The notes under the pieces were generated by a model. That model saw nothing but the letters and a program-made list of their open reading frames with translations. It had not been told where the DNA came from and ran no database searches. This document shows, one piece after another, positions 35,993 through 44,915 of a stretch of 64,000 nucleotides of DNA (the first letter of the stretch is position 1; every line of letters begins with the position of its first letter). This DNA comes from a virus: the IMG/VR virus record IMGVR_UViG_3300031111_000010, positions 17,177-81,176 of that record; one strand, given 5' to 3'. A program made the translations under genes and the position numbers.

Positions 35993-37863
35993 TCGGTTAT
36001 TTCCTTTGAATAATTATTGCTACCATATTCCAATTTCAATACTGTATCACTTGCAGATGGAATAAATGGTACTTTAGTCCAAATTACTGCTCTATCATTA
36101 GAAGGTTCCCATACATCTACTTCAGTATAAAGTTCTGTATTACCACCTGACACTGTAACATGTAGATTTTGCCATCCAGAAGTAGGTTGACTTGAAATAA
36201 ATCCTGTACCTGAAACATTAATACCTACTGGAAAATTTGTTAAGTTCTCATCAATTTTACTACTATCTATTGTATAGTAAAGTGTTGATATAGTAGAAGT
36301 AGAAGCAGAACTTACACTTGAACTTGAAGATTCTGAGCTTGAACTACTCACTGAACTTGAAGATTCTGAGCTTGAACTACTTACTGAACTTGAAGATTCT
36401 GAGCTTGAACTTGAATAACTTGAACTTGAATAACTTGAACTTGAACTTGAGCTTGAAAGAGAACTTGAAGATTCACTTGAGCTTGAACTTGAGCTTGAAC
36501 TTGAAAGAGAACTTGAAGATTCACTTGAGCTTGAACTTGAAAGAGAACTTGAAGATTCACTTGAGCTTGAACTTGAAAGAGAACTTGAAGATTCACTTGA
36601 GCTTGATTGACTTGAGCTTGAAATATTATAATATTCTATTTCACAAGGATAAATTAAAACACCACCACCTTCTGTTGTTGATGTTGCTCCCCACTTATTA
36701 TCACCACCATAATAACGACTTGTATCATTTCTTAATTTAAACCATCTTGCAGTCTGTGGTGTATCGAAGTCTACTCTAAATGCAAATTCATATCCAGTTC
36801 CTAAAACTGAAGGTGAATGAATTGGTGGTTTAATCCATGTATCAATCCATTCCCATGTTATTCCATCATCTGATTTATATGCACCAACTACTCCACTATC
36901 ATTATCAACCCATGCATCATAAATACGACTTGATGATGATGTTCTAAACCAGAAAATAATACCATTGATTGTCATTGGTTCTGTTGTAGCCACCCAAAAT
37001 GACGTATTATAACCAACATAATCATTATCTGCTACTGCATATATATTACCATCTATTAGTCCGGGATATGATGCTGAGTTTTCTGTTACAAGAGGATTAG
37101 GATTCCATCCACTCCATGCACCTACAAGATACGTCGAAGAAGAACTTGATTTTGATGAACTTGATTTTGATGAACTTGAGCTTGAACTTGAAAGAGAACT
37201 TGAAGATTCACTTGAGCTTGAACTTGAGCTTGAAGAACTCAGGCTTGAACTTGAGCTTGAAGAACTCAGGCTTGAACTTGATGATGATGTCCAAGATTTA
37301 GAAGAAGAAGATCGAGAAGAAGAACTAAATTCAGCAGTCCAAGCTGTACTTCTCACATAGAAATAATCATATTCAAAGGTGACCATACTTTCTAATACAA
37401 TATCACCTTCTCTTTGTGACATTCCAATTTCTGCTAACTGAGTAGGCCAAATATCAACAAACACTATTTCCATAACAGGTTTTTTATAGTTGTTCGTAAT
37501 TATCATTGATGCATCAACTGAATATTCTTTATGATATTCAGCTATTTTATCACAATTATTATTGATATAACTCATCCACCTGAATAATAAACTCCAATTA
37601 TCCAATCGTGAATCAACAACAAAGTTAACCATCCAACTTTCAAATTCTAATGGGTTTAAGTCATACTTGACTTTATTACCTTGCCAACTTATCTCATTAA
37701 CCCCTATATTCAAGGATGGAATAACAGCAGAGAAGATATTCATTACGAAAGGATTGTTAGACGCAATACTACTTTCAGTTGGTATCAGGGGAAATACCAA
37801 CTGAAAATTTGTAGGTGTGGCCTTGTCTATATTATTAAGGTTGGATGTATTGCATACTATCAT
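35989..37863 (-). CDS. gp3/tail-tube-fold protein with long poly-Ser linkers
   Basis: third copy of N-terminal domain; discoidin-like segment (YKSDDGITW, ARWFKL); ends part-way through a DUF2341-like domain. Confidence 0.75.
   Translation of the reverse strand: MIVCNTSNLNNIDKATPTNFQLVFPLIPTESSIASNNPFVMNIFSAVIPSLNIGVNEISWQGNKVKYDLNPLEFESWMVNFVVDSRLDNWSLLFRWMSYINNNCDKIAEYHKEYSVDASMIITNNYKKPVMEIVFVDIWPTQLAEIGMSQREGDIVLESMVTFEYDYFYVRSTAWTAEFSSSSRSSSSKSWTSSSSSSLSSSSSSSSLSSSSSSSSSSESSSSLSSSSSSSSKSSSSKSSSSSTYLVGAWSGWNPNPLVTENSASYPGLIDGNIYAVADNDYVGYNTSFWVATTEPMTINGIIFWFRTSSSSRIYDAWVDNDSGVVGAYKSDDGITWEWIDTWIKPPIHSPSVLGTGYEFAFRVDFDTPQTARWFKLRNDTSRYYGGDNKWGATSTTEGGGVLIYPCEIEYYNISSSSQSSSSESSSSLSSSSSSESSSSLSSSSSSESSSSLSSSSSSSSSSESSSSLSSSSSSSSYSSSSYSSSSSESSSSVSSSSSESSSSVSSSSSESSSSSVSSASTSTISTLYYTIDSSKIDENLTNFPVGINVSGTGFISSQPTSGWQNLHVTVSGGNTELYTEVDVWEPSNDRAVIWTKVPFIPSASDTVLKLEYGSNNYSKEITE
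36310..36620 (-). repeat. hexamer-based poly-Ser coding repeats (TCA AGT / TCA AGC)
   Basis: ACTTGA/GCTTGA arrays here and near 28010-28150, 31375-31490, 32100-32260, 32850-33075, 37140-37330. Confidence 0.9.
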
Positions 37864-37900
37864 ACATTTATTTATACATTTTTAGTTGGTTTGAGATTAT

Positions 37901-38758
37901 TTACGGTGTGATTTTTCTCACTCCATTAGGAATATATGAACCACTTGTACTTCCATATGGTTCAAATAAATTATATTTTATCATCGCATCATCTACTGTA
38001 CCACCTGATGGTATACTTCCTTTAATTTCATATGTAATACCTCTTGATGCTGGTGTTCCTGATGCACCAGAAGTAAAGGTTGATCCAGTATCACCTTGAT
38101 TAACATATGTTCTAAAGGATTGAGCATCAGTAAAATAACTACCATAAATTTTTTGAATCAAACCAACATCTGATGATGGTTTAAAGAACCAAGTCTGAAC
38201 TTCAAAATCCAATGTATAGTTAATTACTCTATACTCAAGGTCTGCCATTTCATGTGATATTTCTGGTGTAGCTGATCTAAAGATAATCTTAGTATCAAAT
38301 GCTATATCAAGATCATCTATATAAATTCTCACAAAGATATGTGGACAAAAGAATGGTAAGATTTGTTCCATTATCTGATCTATGTCAGTCATATGCAATG
38401 CCCATATATTCATTGTGAAGGTAAGGTTATATGGACATGGATGGAGAAATTGTGATACTGATCCTTGTACTATATTATCACAGTTAGCAGTAAAGGCATG
38501 AAAACTGTTTACCTTTCTATCAGCAGCATAATCGATAGCACTAATATATGCTGTGATCATAGGCAACATTTCATCATCTTTTCTCTCATCAAACCAGTAG
38601 TATACTTTTTCTTTCACAGAATGTTTGATAGGAACTTTTATCCATCTATCAATAGTTCTTCCATCATCTGAATATCTTGCAATTTTTATATCGTTAAAAG
38701 CGTCAAAAAATTGTATAATCGTTTTTCTGAACACATTAAAAAAGAAATATGTTTTCAT
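37901..38758 (-). CDS. tail sheath stabilizer/terminator (gp15-like)
   Basis: FFDAFNDI, PCPYNLTF, QIMEQILPFFCP. Confidence 0.9.
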   Translation of the reverse strand: MKTYFFFNVFRKTIIQFFDAFNDIKIARYSDDGRTIDRWIKVPIKHSVKEKVYYWFDERKDDEMLPMITAYISAIDYAADRKVNSFHAFTANCDNIVQGSVSQFLHPCPYNLTFTMNIWALHMTDIDQIMEQILPFFCPHIFVRIYIDDLDIAFDTKIIFRSATPEISHEMADLEYRVINYTLDFEVQTWFFKPSSDVGLIQKIYGSYFTDAQSFRTYVNQGDTGSTFTSGASGTPASRGITYEIKGSIPSGGTVDDAMIKYNLFEPYGSTSGSYIPNGVRKITP

Positions 38759-39270
38759 CTAACTGTTCTCTCCACTATGACTTCAACGCCACGTTTAGTT
38801 TTAAATCCTTTTTTTCTCAAGATTGTTATAGGAACAATAACAGCAGTTCCTTTTAAATTTTTATTAGAAACACTTCCTATTGTTCCACCTTGTTTATAAT
38901 CTTGATGTAAAGCTATTGCTAAATTTATATTTGTACTTTTACTTTTTATTGTATATTCGATATTATTAGGTGGTATATTATTTTTATCTACACCTTTCTT
39001 CTTGGCAGTATTATTAGCAACAGCCTGAATGTCTTTCTTTAATGTACTTCCCATTTTACTCACAAAAGCATTCATTACAAAATCTAATTCATCTGCCGTA
39101 ATAGGTGGTTTATTTTCTGATCTGTTTACTCTAAAGTCTCTCTTTCCCATATGACTTGAGAATTCAAATGCAGTCAATCCCATTGGTTTCAGTTTAGCAA
39201 ACCATTTATTCTCAAATGCTTTTATTTCTCCCATTGAAACGTCTTCTTTTAAATAATTTTTAAATCTCAT
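38755..39270 (-). CDS. putative head-internal protein, paralog of 449..877
   Basis: likely start MRFKNYLKE with GGGAG RBS. Confidence 0.7.
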   Translation of the reverse strand: MRFKNYLKEDVSMGEIKAFENKWFAKLKPMGLTAFEFSSHMGKRDFRVNRSENKPPITADELDFVMNAFVSKMGSTLKKDIQAVANNTAKKKGVDKNNIPPNNIEYTIKSKSTNINLAIALHQDYKQGGTIGSVSNKNLKGTAVIVPITILRKKGFKTKRGVEVIVERTVR

Positions 39271-39364
39271 ATATTCTCCCAAAGGATAGAGGCGAATGCA
39301 GTTCGATATGTTCTCACATATCATAGACAATTACTAATGTCCCTTCATTTATACTATTTCTTTA

Positions 39365-40012
39365 CTAAAATCCATAAACACTACTATCATAACTATCTCC
39401 ATAATCAAATATATCATCACTTTCATCCTCTATCTCATCGTTATCACCAAATGCTGTCAGTGGTTCAGAAGTAGTATCCAAAATTCTATTTGGATCAGTC
39501 GGTTCTCTGGTGAATCTTGAAATTTCTCTTGCAGAGTCAGACTCATCTGAATATCTGTAAGGTTTAAGAACAAAACCCCATATCATCTTTTTTAGCTGGA
39601 ATATCTTTTCTTCCTCATGAACATCAGCTATTTCATATGCTCTATCATTCCATACCGTAATAATAGCATCTCCGGGTTTAGGATGATAACCTGCTGATAC
39701 ATCTCTTGAGAATGTAAATTTAGGTAGACTTGTAAAAGATATTTCTTCTTCTGAATTGATACCAAATCCAGTAGTCAATGTAGGTTCTTCTGTAGGTTCA
39801 TATATAAGTTTAGTTTCAAATGGTCCTTCATATTTAGACTGAACACTTTCACCATATAGATAATCCCTATGAATTTCTTTTCTTATATAATACTTACAAT
39901 AGATACCTGATATATCGGTAAATTCAGATATTACTGATTGGAATAGTTCATGCTCTACATTGTCTTGTAGATGATGCATATCCCATAAAGGTTTTGTTGT
40001 ATTGATACCCAT
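39365..40012 (-). CDS. neck protein (gp14-like)
   Basis: YYIRKE..DYLYGE, PKPGD, FQL, YRYSDE, FGDNDEIE. Confidence 0.85.
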   Translation of the reverse strand: MGINTTKPLWDMHHLQDNVEHELFQSVISEFTDISGIYCKYYIRKEIHRDYLYGESVQSKYEGPFETKLIYEPTEEPTLTTGFGINSEEEISFTSLPKFTFSRDVSAGYHPKPGDAIITVWNDRAYEIADVHEEEKIFQLKKMIWGFVLKPYRYSDESDSAREISRFTREPTDPNRILDTTSEPLTAFGDNDEIEDESDDIFDYGDSYDSSVYGF

Positions 40013-40297
40013 TTATTTTCCTCTTTTTTCTATTGGTAACCATACATAATTAACTGAAGATTTATAATTTTTATGGTTTTCATCTATTATGTTAAATGTT
40101 AAATATACATGGTTTTCAAGTATTTCCCATATAAATTCAAACTTCATATACTTCTCTTGAACTTTGTGCTTCTTAGCGAGAACCTTTCTCGCTAAAGCAA
40201 TATCATTTTCTTTTATATTGTATTTTTTAGATAGCTTTTTATTCAGGTTATCATTATACTGATTTATACTTTCTTTTATATATTGTTTTAATCTCAT
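40013..40297 (-). CDS. putative head-internal protein
   Basis: N-terminus MRLKQYIKE. Confidence 0.6.
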   Translation of the reverse strand: MRLKQYIKESINQYNDNLNKKLSKKYNIKENDIALARKVLAKKHKVQEKYMKFEFIWEILENHVYLTFNIIDENHKNYKSSVNYVWLPIEKRGK

Positions 40298-40677
40298 CCT
40301 ATTAATTTTTCTTGTGTTTCCATTATTATAATTAATGCTTCTTCAAGTCTTTTTACTCTTGCTTTCAGTTTAGTGATTTCCTGTGATTCATTAAGCGGTT
40401 CTTTTATACTTGTACTACCACCTCTTGCTTTTTCTTTTAATGCATTCATTCTCTTTTCCATTGCAGCATCAATAGCACTCCAATCTGTATGATCTTCTTC
40501 TAATCCATCATGTGAAGTTTCGTTTACAGGATCACCTAATGGTGCTTCTGGTTTTGAACCACCATCAACACCACCTTCTGCTTGAGCATACATCTTGTTT
40601 GTAATCTGTTGCATATCAATCTTTTTAAATGCACTTCCATCTTTTAACATTTTCTCATACGCTGTTATTTCTGACAT
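40294..40677 (-). CDS. hypothetical protein with C-terminal coiled coil
   Basis: AAGGAG RBS. Confidence 0.7.
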   Translation of the reverse strand: MSEITAYEKMLKDGSAFKKIDMQQITNKMYAQAEGGVDGGSKPEAPLGDPVNETSHDGLEEDHTDWSAIDAAMEKRMNALKEKARGGSTSIKEPLNESQEITKLKARVKRLEEALIIIMETQEKLIG

Positions 40678-40686
40678 ATTATCTCC

Positions 40687-41025
40687 TTATTTTGTTTTAT
40701 CCTCTGCTTCTTCTTCTCCTTCATCTTCATATTCATCCCATTGAGGATCAACCTTTTCAAGTATGTATTCAAACTCACCTACATGAACTTTTTCCTCATT
40801 AGCAATATCTTGAAGGATTTCTTTTAAATCTTTGTCAGTTGCTTGTGGTATCATCTGTTCATAAAGATTAGCTGCATCCAGTTCAGCTACCATAGCCAAT
40901 CTTGCAATAGCAGCATCCAATAATTTTCCTTTTTTACTCGCTACTAATTCATTAAATTGAACAAACAATTCATTCAACGCTTTTGGTTTTTTACTTTCTG
41001 TTAAATAATTACTTAGTCTACTCAT
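40687..41025 (-). CDS. ferritin-like (rubrerythrin/encapsulated ferritin-type) protein
   Basis: AELDAANLYEQ ... DIANEEKVHVGEF (ExxH); leader MSRLSNYLTE. Confidence 0.8.
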   Translation of the reverse strand: MSRLSNYLTESKKPKALNELFVQFNELVASKKGKLLDAAIARLAMVAELDAANLYEQMIPQATDKDLKEILQDIANEEKVHVGEFEYILEKVDPQWDEYEDEGEEEAEDKTK

Positions 41026-41033
41026 ATTTTCAC

Positions 41034-41915
41034 CTATCCTAATAAAATACCATAACCTTCATGGCTTTCTTCTAATCTTAATCTCTCATCTAATGTTTCT
41101 TTTTCTTGTATACCTTCTTGTATTAGCTGATCACCATCTAAGGCAATACCAATATTACCAATGGAATTAAATTGAGCGAATTTACTTCTTATTCTACCCA
41201 ACATAATCTTACACTCTGCCAATGCATAATCGAATATCCAATCAGAAGTATAAAAATTAGTATCGGAACTTCCTGCTCTTAGACCAGTTCTTTTCCATGT
41301 AGACTGAGAATTATTAGATTCCATATTAGCATAATGACTTCCTTCCATCATATACGATCTGACTAATAAAAATCCGGGCGAGTCATATGTTACTACTTGA
41401 CCATTCTCATCTGTTACTTCTAATGTGTTTCCTGATGGTGGTGCTGGTTGTACTTCTAATTGATTTGTGTATCGATGATATTTATAATTGTAGATTGAAG
41501 GTGTATATCGATCTAATGTCTTTAGCCAATCAATAGCAATATGATAACTTATAATAGAACTACCATATCCTCTATTAGCCCACAACAGACCATCGTATGC
41601 TCCCCTTGAATACATAAAATTCTCAACAGTAAACAAGGTGTTAATTCCATATCCTCTACCATTATCGTCATAATCTACAATTTCAGTAACACCAACAGGA
41701 AGATCATAAAAATTTTGATTAGCTAAAAGTAATACAGTAAAATAGGTATCTACAGTAGCATTACCTGCACCCCATTTTACCCATTTGTCTTTAGCATAAT
41801 CTATTGCATCATAAATCTGTATATCTTCCAGTTCGACTTTGACAACAGGCGCACCTAATCTTCTCTTTATTTTCTCAGAAAGTTCTGCCTTACTGAGTCT
41901 GATATCTAATGCCAT
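41034..41915 (-). CDS. neck protein (gp13-like)
   Basis: RRLGAPVVKVELED.QI, WIFDYALA..K..LG..RSKF, LDGD. Confidence 0.9.
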   Translation of the reverse strand: MALDIRLSKAELSEKIKRRLGAPVVKVELEDIQIYDAIDYAKDKWVKWGAGNATVDTYFTVLLLANQNFYDLPVGVTEIVDYDDNGRGYGINTLFTVENFMYSRGAYDGLLWANRGYGSSIISYHIAIDWLKTLDRYTPSIYNYKYHRYTNQLEVQPAPPSGNTLEVTDENGQVVTYDSPGFLLVRSYMMEGSHYANMESNNSQSTWKRTGLRAGSSDTNFYTSDWIFDYALAECKIMLGRIRSKFAQFNSIGNIGIALDGDQLIQEGIQEKETLDERLRLEESHEGYGILLG

Positions 41916-42199
41916 TATTGATCTCCTATTTGCATTTCACGCTTTTTCATTGATCTAGCTCTTTTTTTCATGGCCTTTTTTTGAATACCAACATTAGCCT
42001 TAATTTTTCTACCTCTCAAAAGAGCCGCTTTAAACAGATTTTTTTTCTCAGCCGGTTTCATTATTATACATTTATTGTCCTTAACTTTCATACCATCAGG
42101 ACATATTCTTTTTCTTTTTACCTTTCCTTTCCTAATTACTTTTTTGAAACTCTCATCAAGTGAGAATAAATTTATTTTATCAATTATATCCATAGTCAA
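41915..42199 (-). CDS. basic hypothetical protein (prohead core-like)
   Basis: KKVIRKGKVKRKRIC, KKRARSMKKR. Confidence 0.6.
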   Translation of the reverse strand: MTMDIIDKINLFSLDESFKKVIRKGKVKRKRICPDGMKVKDNKCIIMKPAEKKNLFKAALLRGRKIKANVGIQKKAMKKRARSMKKREMQIGDQ

Positions 42200-42225
42200 T
42201 TCCTCATAACTATATTTATATTTTT

Positions 42226-43788
42226 TTAGTAATCAAAAACATTTGAATCTGTTAACCATGACCAATCATCTACATCATCTTCAATATCAGATAAGATACC
42301 CCAAGCATCATTTTCTTTTTCATCCTTTTTAAACTCCCAATCTTCTGACATTACGTTCATTTCAAAGATAAACAATCCCCAAAACATAGCATCAACAAGA
42401 TCATCAGGTTTATCTTTACCATAGAATTTAGATTCATCTTCAATATAGGAACTTAACTGTTCGATAGTTTCTTTATCATTTATTTTAACAGAACCATCTT
42501 CTATGAGTTTTTTCATAAGAAGAACAGCTTTAGGTTTATTATTTCTATTTGATCTGATACCAAGATTTATTGCTTTCGCACCAGTGTTGACCAATCCTTC
42601 ATTCTCATATGTCCACCATAACTGACCAATAACAGCAGACCCCTCACCATTATTCTCACACATAACATAAGCACTATTATAATAAATACTAAGTCTATGA
42701 ATGATTTGTGAAAATTGATAAACATCTGTCATATTATCTTGAAATACTGCTACTTGTTCCATGTTGATTGGCATTCTTGAATTTATTTTGAAAATTTGAA
42801 TACAAGAATCATGCTCACCAGTACCCTTGGCAGGATCAACACCCATAACATATACAGCACCTTCTTTCGGTTTCTCCCAAACTCTTAATCTATCTTTAAG
42901 ATCATAGAATTCAGGTTCAACATGAGTATTTAATAAAGTTCTCAATACTTCTGGACTGATAACGGTATTTGTAGAACCAAGAAACTTACAACCAAACTCT
43001 TGATTAAATCCATGGATACCAAGATTTTTAATTTGTTCTCTTGCCCATGCATTATCTCTCCCCGGTACTCTATCCCAAAGTACTTTTTGAGCTACAAATG
43101 AATTAGCATCTTCTTTATTAGGATTAACAGCACCCATCCAAATTCTATGAAAGATATTGAACATACCATTTGGTGTTGAAATAATAATAATCTTTGATTC
43201 TGTTGATGATGAAATGGTAGGATAGTTTGAAGACCAGAAATCTTCTGCGTTGTTTTTAGGTACGAATGCAAACTCATCACAGATAACGATGTTCATAGGC
43301 CAACCTCTAAAGGCATCCTGAGTGGTAGCTGAGATGATTAGCTTAGTGCCATTATCGAAAGTGATAGACGTTTTAGCGTACTCTGTGACCCCCGGCTTGA
43401 GCCAAGGTGGTAGACCTTCATACATACGCTTCATGCCATCTAGAATACGTTTAGCAGATGATTCCTTATTGGATACCATACCAATGTTCTTATCTGCATT
43501 AAAGATAGCATACCAAAGAGCATAGGCAGCAACGATTGTTGTTTTACCACTCTGTCTTGCCCATAATCCTACAAAAAATCTGTTATTAGCTAGTAGTTCA
43601 AGAGTCTCATTCTGATAATCTCTTGGTTCAAATAATACTTCTCCATGATCTAATGTTACAATTTTCACATAGTTTTGTACGAAATAATGAATATCATCAC
43701 GACATTTCACTATTTCCTCAACCATATCTTGAGTATATTCCATCTCCTGATTTGGTCTTTTTACATAATCATCATAACGTATTGCCAT
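42226..43788 (-). CDS. terL: terminase large subunit (gp17-like)
   Basis: RQSGKTT Walker A, ICDEFAF Walker B, STPNG, GVDPA, ENNG, DDLVDA. Confidence 0.97.
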   Translation of the reverse strand: MAIRYDDYVKRPNQEMEYTQDMVEEIVKCRDDIHYFVQNYVKIVTLDHGEVLFEPRDYQNETLELLANNRFFVGLWARQSGKTTIVAAYALWYAIFNADKNIGMVSNKESSAKRILDGMKRMYEGLPPWLKPGVTEYAKTSITFDNGTKLIISATTQDAFRGWPMNIVICDEFAFVPKNNAEDFWSSNYPTISSSTESKIIIISTPNGMFNIFHRIWMGAVNPNKEDANSFVAQKVLWDRVPGRDNAWAREQIKNLGIHGFNQEFGCKFLGSTNTVISPEVLRTLLNTHVEPEFYDLKDRLRVWEKPKEGAVYVMGVDPAKGTGEHDSCIQIFKINSRMPINMEQVAVFQDNMTDVYQFSQIIHRLSIYYNSAYVMCENNGEGSAVIGQLWWTYENEGLVNTGAKAINLGIRSNRNNKPKAVLLMKKLIEDGSVKINDKETIEQLSSYIEDESKFYGKDKPDDLVDAMFWGLFIFEMNVMSEDWEFKKDEKENDAWGILSDIEDDVDDWSWLTDSNVFDY

Positions 43789-43844
43789 ATTATCTCCCTT
43801 TTATTCTATTCATATTTATTTATATTTTCTTAGCTTATGAATAG

Positions 43845-43875
43845 AAAAAGGGAAGATGATTTCTCATCTTCCCTT
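43845..43875 (-). terminator. rho-independent terminator
   Basis: GGGAAGATGA-TTTC-TCATCTTCCC with U-tract on minus strand. Confidence 0.8.
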
Positions 43876-43921
43876 GGGGCATAACTGGCAGTCACGCTTT
43901 TATTTTAAAGTATTTTATTTG

Positions 43922-44281
43922 TCAAGCATAAGCATTGATTTGTTTAATATATTTATAATCCCAAATAAACCACATCCCATGCTTCTTATATCTTTGCCAT
44001 CTGTTCTTTTCGATGTCAAAGATACTTCCATCACCATAATGATAAAACTTTTTATCCTCAGTTACAGTATATCGAATGCCTTGATTTTTCTTACCTACTT
44101 TTTGACGTTCAGCCAGAAGATATTCATATGCTTCATTAACATATAGGAATTGTTCTGGTCTACCACCATGATCAGGATGGAATTTAAGGCATAAGAGGCG
44201 ATATTTTCGCTTCAAAGCATCTTCTGTGACCTTGGATATATCTTCTACCTTAAATAGCCTTAAATAGCCTCTAACGTCCAT
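43922..44281 (-). CDS. J-domain (DnaJ-like) protein
   Basis: LKRKYRLLCLKFHPDHGG..F..VNEAYEYL. Confidence 0.88.
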   Translation of the reverse strand: MDVRGYLRLFKVEDISKVTEDALKRKYRLLCLKFHPDHGGRPEQFLYVNEAYEYLLAERQKVGKKNQGIRYTVTEDKKFYHYGDGSIFDIEKNRWQRYKKHGMWFIWDYKYIKQINAYA

Positions 44282-44461
44282 TTACGAAACCTTTTGCGGA
44301 ATGATGTTTACTGTCCACTCAGGATGCTTGCAGTATGCTCTGATTTGATCATCAATCAAATACTCATTGATCTTGAATCTGATCGAATTGACAACCTTCT
44401 TGACTTTGAATCCCATTTCACAATCCCGTAAATCCTCTACTACCAATGTTTTCTTTTTCAT
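44282..44461 (-). CDS. hypothetical protein (59 aa)
   Basis: AAGGAG RBS; MKKKTLVVEDL...; adjoins J-domain start. Confidence 0.7.
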   Translation of the reverse strand: MKKKTLVVEDLRDCEMGFKVKKVVNSIRFKINEYLIDDQIRAYCKHPEWTVNIIPQKVS

Positions 44462-44565
44462 TTCTTTTCTCCTTTTTTTACGAACTTACCTGTTAGTAGG
44501 TATACAATGTGATCCTTGCCAACATCCCACTTCCCGTATAACTAACCCTCAGTTCGTATCGCCAA

Positions 44566-44636
44566 GGGAATATATCAGGACTTAACCACATGGGATAGGT
44601 TTGACCCTATATTTTTCTCAGCCCTGATATACCCCC
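44566..44636 (-). ncRNA. structured RNA candidate
   Basis: about 17-bp stem GGGGGTATATCAGGGCT / AGTCCTGATATATTCCC with G-U pairs on minus strand; inner ATAGG/CCTAT hairpin. Confidence 0.45.
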
Positions 44637-44642
44637 ATGTTC

Positions 44643-44822
44643 TTAGATCAGACCGAAATGCTCATCGATTTTGGCTTGATATGCTGCTTTGCGTTTTTGA
44701 TTTGCCTTGGTTCGCAATCCCTGCAAACGTGCCAGTTCGACAGCAGAGGCAGCAGTTTCGGCTTTGATGTTGACGTTAACAGCGGTGATTTCCACAGTTT
44801 CTTTTTCCTGATAATGCAACAT
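44643..44822 (-). CDS. hypothetical protein (59 aa)
   Basis: AAAGGAG RBS; MLHYQEKETVEITAV...HFGLI; TTGACA upstream at 44882-44887. Confidence 0.75.
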   Translation of the reverse strand: MLHYQEKETVEITAVNVNIKAETAASAVELARLQGLRTKANQKRKAAYQAKIDEHFGLI

Positions 44823-44915
44823 GATAAATCTCCTTTGTTAATGATTAGTGTTTCGTTATTCCTATCAGATCGTTTCGCCATTGTCAAGGGGTTTTTACAC
44901 CCCCTGACATTTTTT

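Noticed and set aside
36310-36740. Ser-tract repeats as CRISPR array, and LNL/QVQ-rich ORFs
   Set aside because: Hexamer periodicity with no unique spacers; alternative frames of the poly-Ser linker
44566-44636. Hammerhead or pistol ribozyme call
   Set aside because: CUGANGA core and pistol pseudoknot not satisfied; left as unassigned structure
44722-44734. TGGCACGTTTGCA as another sigma54 site
   Set aside because: GG-GC spacing is 3 nt too short and it lies inside a CDS
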